Of a stretch of 61,268 nucleotides of DNA, positions 55,117 through 61,268 are shown piece after piece. The DNA lies in contig CAYRXZ010000003.1 of assembly GCA_964428615.1 (NCBI GenBank), forward strand, positions 1 through 61,268, in the 5' to 3' direction. A program made the position numbers and the translations under genes. Below the pieces are notes generated by a model. That model saw only the letters and a program-made list of their open reading frames with translations, ran no database searches and was not told where the DNA came from. The stretch is from an uncultured Candidatus Saccharibacteria bacterium. Lineage in GTDB: Bacteria > Patescibacteriota > Minisyncoccia > UBA6257 > UBA9933. Each line of letters begins with the position of its first letter. The stretch's first letter is position 1.

Positions 55117-55154
55117 TTGCTTAAAGTATACGCTATAGCATATACTTTAAGCAA
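55117..55154. promoter_or_regulatory. 38-bp near-perfect palindrome (candidate operator)
   Basis: TTGCTTAAAGTATAcGCTA|TAGCaTATACTTTAAGCAA: 18 of 19 positions complementary. About 60 nt upstream of the M16 peptidase ATG. Confidence 0.45.
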
Positions 55155-55282
55155 CAATTTCTGGGCCTAGAAATTTCCGGAAAGTTGGAAATTAAAAACT
55201 TTCAATTTTATAAAAATGCCAAATAATTAATAAATTATAAAACGAAATTTGTCGTTTACCGCATTTTACCGCTAATTACTTA

Positions 55283-56338
55283 CTATTCTTCTTCCTCCGC
55301 TTCTTGCGGTTTATCCAATGTCATCGGTTCTATATCAATAGCCTTGCCGGAAATTTTTAAAACATCTTTGTCTATTTTCCCCAATTCTTTGTAAGCGGTG
55401 TTGTACATATTAACCGAAGTGCCCAAATGCGTTCCAAGTTTTTTCATATAATTTTCAAAACTGCCTATATGCCTGCCAAGCTCAATTACCCGTTTTCTGA
55501 TTTCTTTGGCCGATTCTTCTATTTGAAGCGCTTTCAACCCCTGAAGCACGGTTTGAAGATAAGCCAGAAAAGTTGTTGGAGAAACAATTAAAACCTTTTT
55601 CTCGCCGGCGGCGTATTCTATTAAATCGCGGGTATTGGATTTGACAGCACCAATTTTATTAACCAATAAATCATAATAAACCGCTTCCGAAGGAATAAAC
55701 ATAAAAGCAAATTCCATTGTCCCCTCTTTTGGTTTAATATATTTAGCGGTTTCATCTATGCGGGCTTTTAAGTCGTCCCGAAAAGCGGATTCGTACTTTT
55801 GTTTTTCGGCTACGTCTTTTGTATCCAAAAGCCTATTATAATTTTCCAAGCTAAATTTTGAATCAATCGGCACAATTTGGTCTTTTATAAAGATAACAGC
55901 ATCAACTATCGTGCCATCTTTAAAAGAATACTGCATTTCAAATTGACCTGGAGCAAGAACATTTTCCAAAACCGTTTTTAGATAAAATTCTCCTAAAACT
56001 CCGCGCTGTTTAGGATTTTTCAAAATATCTTGTAAATTTTCAAGCTGTTTAGCGATATCAACCACTTGCTTTTGACCCTCGCCCACCTTAGTTAATTCGG
56101 TTGTAATTTCTTTGATAATTCTGGCGCTTTCGCCAAATTGCCTTTGAAGCATTTGGGTTGATTCGCCAAGCTTACTATTTAAAGTCCGATTAATTTCATT
56201 CATTTGATTTTGAATAATTAAAAGCGACTGGTCATCTTTCTTCTCGCCCGAATTTTTTTTAATTTGCCAAAAAATTAAGGCCAAACCGCCAGCTAAAATT
56301 AAAATAATTGTAATGAAAAAAAATGAAGCTGTTTCCAT
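55283..56338 (-). CDS. rmuC: DNA recombination protein RmuC
   Basis: N-terminal TM helix, long coiled coil, C-terminal RmuC nuclease-like domain (VDA.I.......PIDSKF....Y; FM.IP.E..Y; V...SP.T..A.L). Confidence 0.88.
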   Translation of the reverse strand: METASFFFITIILILAGGLALIFWQIKKNSGEKKDDQSLLIIQNQMNEINRTLNSKLGESTQMLQRQFGESARIIKEITTELTKVGEGQKQVVDIAKQLENLQDILKNPKQRGVLGEFYLKTVLENVLAPGQFEMQYSFKDGTIVDAVIFIKDQIVPIDSKFSLENYNRLLDTKDVAEKQKYESAFRDDLKARIDETAKYIKPKEGTMEFAFMFIPSEAVYYDLLVNKIGAVKSNTRDLIEYAAGEKKVLIVSPTTFLAYLQTVLQGLKALQIEESAKEIRKRVIELGRHIGSFENYMKKLGTHLGTSVNMYNTAYKELGKIDKDVLKISGKAIDIEPMTLDKPQEAEEEE

Positions 56339-56908
56339 TTAACTAATTTTACTCTTATTTCCTAATTTTTTAAACAGGAAAAATCCCCAAACTAAAGCAA
56401 GAAAAGAAAAATTAACTGCCATAAACCATTTATTACTCCAATTAAAACCATTAAACTTAAAACTTGAAACCGGCCATAAAAACGGCGTTGGAAAAAATTG
56501 GTATGAATGGCTAGGAATATCTATTAAAACATGAATAAACCAACCACCCAGTTCCCAAAGCGGTCTGCGAAAAATTAAATAAAGAATTGCGAAAACCGCA
56601 AGAAAAATTACAAAACTGTGACTTAAATTATAAAGCGACTTTGAAAACTCAAGTACGCCGTTAAGTTTTGGAGAAATCAACGGTTCTAAAGTTTCGGGAC
56701 TTGGCAAATCGGAAAATCTAAATTTGCCCAAAACCAAACCTCCAAATATCCAAATAAAAGGAATTATGAAAGAAAAAAAATCAGGAAAAACTCCCCAAAA
56801 AGCGGCTCGCCAAATTTTTAACGGCTTTTTAGATTTTGGCTTTAAAACAAAATCGTTTGTTCCTTTATATGCCGCGGCTACCCAAAGACCATGCGAAAAA
56901 ATATCCAT
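56339..56908 (-). CDS. Integral membrane protein, possibly a YdjM/DUF457-like metal-dependent hydrolase
   Basis: MDIFSHGLW start and internal H..ID..SH resemble that family. Weak assignment. Confidence 0.35.
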   Translation of the reverse strand: MDIFSHGLWVAAAYKGTNDFVLKPKSKKPLKIWRAAFWGVFPDFFSFIIPFIWIFGGLVLGKFRFSDLPSPETLEPLISPKLNGVLEFSKSLYNLSHSFVIFLAVFAILYLIFRRPLWELGGWFIHVLIDIPSHSYQFFPTPFLWPVSSFKFNGFNWSNKWFMAVNFSFLALVWGFFLFKKLGNKSKIS

Positions 56909-56921
56909 TACTATAATAATA

Positions 56922-58088
56922 CTATTTTTTCATTTTTTTCTCCACTTTCGCGATGGCTAATTTCATCGCCGCTTCGCGCGGACTGATTTTTTGCTTCGCG
57001 CTTTGTTTTAAGACAAGTTTCGTTGTTTTAACTATTTTTCTTTCTATCATTTCAAACATTCTCTTTGGGTTATAGCCCCTGTATTCTGCGTAAGAAGAAA
57101 TAACTCCGCCAGCATTAGCGATAAAATCAGGTAAAATTAAAATTCCTTTTTTCTCTAAATATTTTTCGGTTTCATCCGACATTGGAATATTTGCTCCTTC
57201 AACTATTATTTTTGCCCTAACAGAATCCCTATTTTTCTCATTTATAACATCCGTTATCGAAGCAGGAATTAAAATATCAACCGGCAAACCAAAAACAGCT
57301 TCGCGATTCATTTTTTTGCCACTAGTGTATTCAATAATTGATTTTCTTTTAATTTTTAATTTTTCCAATTTTCCACCATCTAAACCATCTTCAGAAAAAA
57401 TTGTTCCATGGGCATCGGAGACCGCCACTACTTTTGCGCCCATTTCCGTCAAAAATTTAAAAGTAAAACTGCCTACATTTCCATAACCGTCTATTGCTAC
57501 TTTCAGATTTTTCATATCAAGCCCTAAAAATTCTACAACCGCTTTTGCCGCTTTAGCTACACCAAAACCAGTACTACCATATTCATGTGGAAGACCACAT
57601 CTTTCCCCGCTTTTTTTGCCAATTAATTTGTAACACAAATTTGCCGGCTTCCCAGTAGCAGTGCGTAGATTGCCAACAGCCTCAACAAACCATTTCATTT
57701 CTGTTTCACCGGTATTAACATCCGGTCCGGCAACATATTTTTTAATAAGTAACGGCTTTATCGCCTTGGCAAAACTTTGAACAAATTCTTTTTTTTTCTC
57801 CTTGTCTGTTCCCATAGGAAATTTTATTCCTGCTTTGGCTCCGCCAAACGGGATATCCGCCATAGCGTTTTTCCAAGTCATTGTCCGCGCTAAACGAAAC
57901 ACTTCTTCCTCGGTTATATCCGGAGTCATTCTAATTCCACCCTTACCCAAACCCAAAGCAGTATTATCTATTATCAAAACACCCTCCATGCCAATATGAG
58001 GGTCATAAACTTTAATTATTATTTCCGGACCGAATTTGTCTTTAAAATCAATCACTTTATTTTTTAATTTTATAACTCTAATTTGCAT
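56922..58088 (-). CDS. Glu/Leu/Phe/Val dehydrogenase family protein (glutamate dehydrogenase-like)
   Basis: GLGKGGIRM substrate-lysine motif, GGAK, Rossmann GYGNVG, C-terminal ANAGGV. Confidence 0.88.
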   Translation of the reverse strand: MQIRVIKLKNKVIDFKDKFGPEIIIKVYDPHIGMEGVLIIDNTALGLGKGGIRMTPDITEEEVFRLARTMTWKNAMADIPFGGAKAGIKFPMGTDKEKKKEFVQSFAKAIKPLLIKKYVAGPDVNTGETEMKWFVEAVGNLRTATGKPANLCYKLIGKKSGERCGLPHEYGSTGFGVAKAAKAVVEFLGLDMKNLKVAIDGYGNVGSFTFKFLTEMGAKVVAVSDAHGTIFSEDGLDGGKLEKLKIKRKSIIEYTSGKKMNREAVFGLPVDILIPASITDVINEKNRDSVRAKIIVEGANIPMSDETEKYLEKKGILILPDFIANAGGVISSYAEYRGYNPKRMFEMIERKIVKTTKLVLKQSAKQKISPREAAMKLAIAKVEKKMKK

Positions 58089-58444
58089 CCGCTTTCTTCC
58101 GAAAGGACGCTTAACTCGCGATAACCAACTATTTTTTTATTATGATCATTTGGGAAAATCCACGTTGGCGTTCCATCTACTCCTTCCGAAACACACATAT
58201 TGGGGTCTTTTAAACAATCAATATAATTCACATATTGCCAAGAGCTTTTAAATTCTTCCTCCTGCTTTAAACACCATGCGCAAGATTCAGTTCCATACAT
58301 TGTAATCCCCTTGCTTGTCAGACATTTCGCGAAAGCATCCAATTCAGGATTCGCCTGACTAGTCTTAAACTGCGCCCAAACTAAAAAACCGATCACTCCG
58401 GCTAATATTAAAAACGCAATAATTAAAAAGTTTTTATTATTCAT
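58070..58444 (-). CDS. Membrane-anchored thioredoxin-fold protein (CxxC)
   Basis: TM helix, then YGTESCAWCLKQ (a CAWC redox motif). ATG 58444 is preferred over TTG 58456. Confidence 0.7.
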   Translation of the reverse strand: MNNKNFLIIAFLILAGVIGFLVWAQFKTSQANPELDAFAKCLTSKGITMYGTESCAWCLKQEEEFKSSWQYVNYIDCLKDPNMCVSEGVDGTPTWIFPNDHNKKIVGYRELSVLSEESGCKLEL

Positions 58445-58937
58445 TACAACAATCAACTAGTTTATCAACAATATCTTCAAGCGTCCAAGGTTTATCCTTA
58501 TCAACCACTTCTTTTATATCCGGAACATTTATTAATTTTAACCGCAATCCCCAAAACAAAGAATAAAGCCTAAAAGCGTAATCAAAAAACTTTTTAGCTT
58601 CATTTCTCTTGTTGTTTGACTGAAGCTTTGTGCCAACTTCTATGAGACGCATTGAAGTTGCCAATAAATGTTTTGAAATACACCAAAGCTCACCTTCTTT
58701 TTTATCAATCATTCTTGCCAATAAATTTTTACGGATTTCACGGGTTTCACTCATTAAATCAAAATAATCATCTTTGCCGGTCTTTTCACCGGTAAAATAA
58801 AAATGCTCTTCTAAGCTTATAAGATTCATTATCGCGATACTTAAATCTTCTTCCACGGATAAATCAAGATTACCCGCTTTTTTCGCGCTTTCAATTTTTT
58901 TTAGTAATTCATTAAATTTTTCCTGATTAATATCCAT
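58437..58937 (-). CDS. Hypothetical helical protein (166 aa) within the thiol-redox cluster
   Basis: No recognisable domain. C-terminus is ..DCCNE. Overlaps the downstream thioredoxin-like gene by 8 nt. Confidence 0.55.
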   Translation of the reverse strand: MDINQEKFNELLKKIESAKKAGNLDLSVEEDLSIAIMNLISLEEHFYFTGEKTGKDDYFDLMSETREIRKNLLARMIDKKEGELWCISKHLLATSMRLIEVGTKLQSNNKRNEAKKFFDYAFRLYSLFWGLRLKLINVPDIKEVVDKDKPWTLEDIVDKLVDCCNE

Positions 58938-58947
58938 AAATGAATTT

Positions 58948-59694
58948 CTATATTATAAAAAATATAATTAGCCCCAGTAAAATCATTACTAACCCAGAAA
59001 CTAATTTCATTCCGCCACCTTCTTCTTTGCGCCACACCTTAACTCTTTCAAGTAAATTTTTATTAGCGGCGACTAATAATATAATAACCAGTGGTAAAAC
59101 GAAAAGCAAATTATAATAAATCAAATAAATAAATCCTTGCAAATAAGTCACATTGTCGTGTAAAAGCCCCAATACCATCAAATATGGCCCGCCAGTACAA
59201 GGAAATTCAAACAGTGCCACAAAACCACCAAGTAAAAAAGCGCTTATTAAGGAAGTTTTTGACACCAATACCGCTATTTTTTCGTGACTTGCCTCTGGAA
59301 TTTTTAATTTTATTGGAAAAGCCGGAAAAAATTTATTTATTATATTCAGTAAGCCGACCGCGATTAAAATAACGGCCGCAAATTTTGAGACAAAACGCGG
59401 GATGCCGAAGAATGAAAGCGCTTCCAAAATTCCCAATCCAATTAAAATGTATGTCAAAAATATTCCAATTATATAAAAGAGGCCGATTTTAAAAACTTTT
59501 AATCTGGACATCTCTATACTAAAAAGAAATCCTATAGTCAAAAACAAAACTGAAAAAGCGCACGGATTCACGCTGTCTACTAGTGCTCCAATAGTAATTA
59601 ATGAAATTAACGGTGATTTCTCAATAAAAAAAACAAACGCCGAAATTGCCACTGATAGAATTAAAAATAAAAATAACTTCTTTTTCATTGTCAT
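58948..59694 (-). CDS. ccdA: CcdA/DsbD-family transmembrane thiol-disulfide electron transporter
   Basis: Two membrane-embedded Cys motifs (DSVNPCAF and FEFPCTGGPY); 6-7 TM helices. Confidence 0.82.
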   Translation of the reverse strand: MTMKKKLFLFLILSVAISAFVFFIEKSPLISLITIGALVDSVNPCAFSVLFLTIGFLFSIEMSRLKVFKIGLFYIIGIFLTYILIGLGILEALSFFGIPRFVSKFAAVILIAVGLLNIINKFFPAFPIKLKIPEASHEKIAVLVSKTSLISAFLLGGFVALFEFPCTGGPYLMVLGLLHDNVTYLQGFIYLIYYNLLFVLPLVIILLVAANKNLLERVKVWRKEEGGGMKLVSGLVMILLGLIIFFII

Positions 59695-60704
59695 TATGGT
59701 TGAAGAATATCCTCTGTTCTGCCGTTAATTGAAATAATAACGTCTTTAACTGTCGGAAATTGTTTTAATGTTTCAATTATCTGCCATCTAATGGTGGCAA
59801 CTTTACAAGAACCGCCTACCTGAAATTCCAATTTTTCATTAAATTCAACTTTTGCCACGCCATTTTCAATTGTAAGCTTTTCAATTTTTACGCCCGAATT
59901 AATATTAGTAGAAAAACCGTTTGCTTTTTCTTCTTGTGTTGGACCCTTTAATAGTTCTTCCAGCGCGGCACGGGCTACGATCGAAGTTTTAAAGATAATC
60001 CTATCAACCGGAAAAACTTTATTACAAGAAACACCAGGATCCATTTTGGAATTATTAAAATATGCTTTTACAACAATCGACTTAGCAAAATTTTCAAATT
60101 TTATCGGAACTCGCAGTTCATCATCATATTCATGCAAACCGGAAGGATTATCTTTTTTAAAAATCAAAGTTCCCGAGCTTGTTGACGGACTCGTAAATTC
60201 TAAAGTCGCTTTAAAAGGCACAAATTCTGTTGTCATCCAGTTTCCTTGCGCTTGAGCTGTTACAACCACTAATTGATTACCATTTGCGTCAAATAATTTA
60301 ATCGGAAAATTCGCTTCAGAAAACCAATTTCCTCTTGCTTGTCCTTTTATGGCAAGCGGGCTTCCAATTATTTGGTTTGGACGAGGGTTGTCTATTTTTA
60401 TTAAATCCATTTTTTCCATTTCATTACCAATATCTTCAATAAAACTTTCGCCGCTCGACGTCACGCATTGGCTTGGATAAATTTCCATAATCGGATAACC
60501 AGCTTCAACACATTCATTAAAATTATTTATTATCTTTTCACATCCTCCAACTGGAGCTGGACTTGAAGGATTGCCATGTTTAACCCATTCACCGTTTTGA
60601 CAAAGCCAGGCATCCTCGTCGCCGCCAAAGAAAAACCTTACAGCCAACAAGCTGGCTCCGAGAACAATTATTAAAATAATTGTAATTAAAATTTTATTTT
60701 TCAT
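59694..60704 (-). CDS. Secreted Gmad2 Ig-like + GerMN domain protein
   Basis: Signal/TM anchor, an Ig-like segment (I..P.PNQ.I.SPL.I.G.ARGNWF.EA.FP..L.D.NG) and a GerMN-like C-terminus (A.LEELLKGPT.EE...G..T.I..G). Confidence 0.55.
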   Translation of the reverse strand: MKNKILITIILIIVLGASLLAVRFFFGGDEDAWLCQNGEWVKHGNPSSPAPVGGCEKIINNFNECVEAGYPIMEIYPSQCVTSSGESFIEDIGNEMEKMDLIKIDNPRPNQIIGSPLAIKGQARGNWFSEANFPIKLFDANGNQLVVVTAQAQGNWMTTEFVPFKATLEFTSPSTSSGTLIFKKDNPSGLHEYDDELRVPIKFENFAKSIVVKAYFNNSKMDPGVSCNKVFPVDRIIFKTSIVARAALEELLKGPTQEEKANGFSTNINSGVKIEKLTIENGVAKVEFNEKLEFQVGGSCKVATIRWQIIETLKQFPTVKDVIISINGRTEDILQP

Positions 60705-60715
60705 AATAAATTTAA

Positions 60716-61268
60716 TTATATCCTCCCCACGCCTTTACGTAAAACTACTATTTTCCCATTTTCTAATTTAACTAAAGTTGAAGGTTTACCGCTTATTTTC
60801 CCGCTGTCAACGTAAAAATCAATTTTATTGCCGAAATATTTCTTAGCGTCTTTGATTGTTTCCGCCGGAGATTCGTCTTCTAAATTCGCGCTTGGCGCTA
60901 CCAACGGCCCGGTTTTTTTGATTAAACTAATTAAATATTTCTTTTTAGGCAGACGAAATGCTAAAGTTTTTACTCCGCGGTGAAGATATTTAAATTTTTT
61001 GTCCGAACATGGGAAAATAATGCTTATTTTCCCCGGCCAAAGTTTTAACAATTTTTTCCTTGTCGCATTATCCAATTTTACACTAAACAAATCTAAATCC
61101 ATCAATGAGCTAATTAAAATTATTAATGGCTTCTTGAAAGCGCGCCGCCGTACTTTATATATCCTTTCAACCGCTTTTTTGGACAATGCCGAACCAACTA
61201 AACCATAAAGAGTATCTGTCGCTAAAACGCCAATACCGCCCGCGGAAATTATTTTAACAATTTTTTTA
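60716..61268 (-). CDS. tsaC: L-threonylcarbamoyladenylate synthase TsaC/YrdC-like (5' end beyond the window)
   Basis: The reading frame stays open to the window edge (..GVLATDTLYGLVGSA..). Motifs KKPLIILI, LWPGKISIIF, LAFRLP, GPLVAPSAN, KPSTLV. Confidence 0.85.
   Translation of the reverse strand, partial: KKIVKIISAGGIGVLATDTLYGLVGSALSKKAVERIYKVRRRAFKKPLIILISSLMDLDLFSVKLDNATRKKLLKLWPGKISIIFPCSDKKFKYLHRGVKTLAFRLPKKKYLISLIKKTGPLVAPSANLEDESPAETIKDAKKYFGNKIDFYVDSGKISGKPSTLVKLENGKIVVLRKGVGRI

Noticed and set aside
1-61268. Considered an alternative genetic code (TGA recoded, as in Gracilibacteria/Absconditabacteria).
   Set aside because: Conserved proteins are full length with TGA used as a terminator (for example the AI-2E permease stop in the TGATG junction with metG), and no conserved gene is interrupted by in-frame TGA.

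Overview
This is an AT-rich (about one-third GC by eye), roughly 90% coding bacterial chromosome segment. It reads cleanly with the standard code: TAA, TAG and TGA all terminate full-length conserved proteins. The core (24.3-37.6 kb, minus strand) is a rearranged ribosomal-protein super-operon: rpmF-nusB-rpsD-rpoA-rplQ | tuf-rpsJ | 530-nt non-coding insert | rplC-rplD-rplW-rplB-rpsS-rplV-rpsC-rplP-rpmC-rpsQ-rplN-rplX-rplE-rpsN(Zn type)-rpsH-rplF-rplR-rpsE-rplO-secY-adk-map. There is no rpmD (L30) between rpsE and rplO. Several housekeeping proteins are trimmed: RpoA without a C-terminal domain, ProRS without the INS editing domain, and a short HolB. With the many envelope and glycosylation genes, this fits a Candidate Phyla Radiation / Patescibacteria (Parcubacteria-like) genome. 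The flanks carry translation GTPases (obg, typA, ychF), aminoacyl-tRNA synthetases (serS, proS, metG), two mreB paralogs, murA, ftsQ-like, rseP, frr, a DedA/hydrolase/GT4/GT4/sphingomyelin-synthase-like lipid cluster, a PhoH2 (PIN-PhoH) gene and a CcdA/thioredoxin-like module. I found no rRNA, tRNA, CRISPR array, transposase or integrase. The most unusual signals are non-genic. (1) A 530-nt structured, ORF-free insert with its own terminators and promoters splits rpsJ from rplC. (2) A palindromic TCCCACACATAAC element family has two ~125-bp MITE-like copies, two short hairpin copies and one half-site, all at gene boundaries. (3) Intergenic spacers are built from locally reiterated ~7-nt words, including two families of near-identical spacer elements that abut start codons. 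The same 7/14-nt stutter appears inside several CDSs, including a perfect 4x heptamer in a GT39 glycosyltransferase. All functional calls rest on motifs recognised by eye, and no database search was run.
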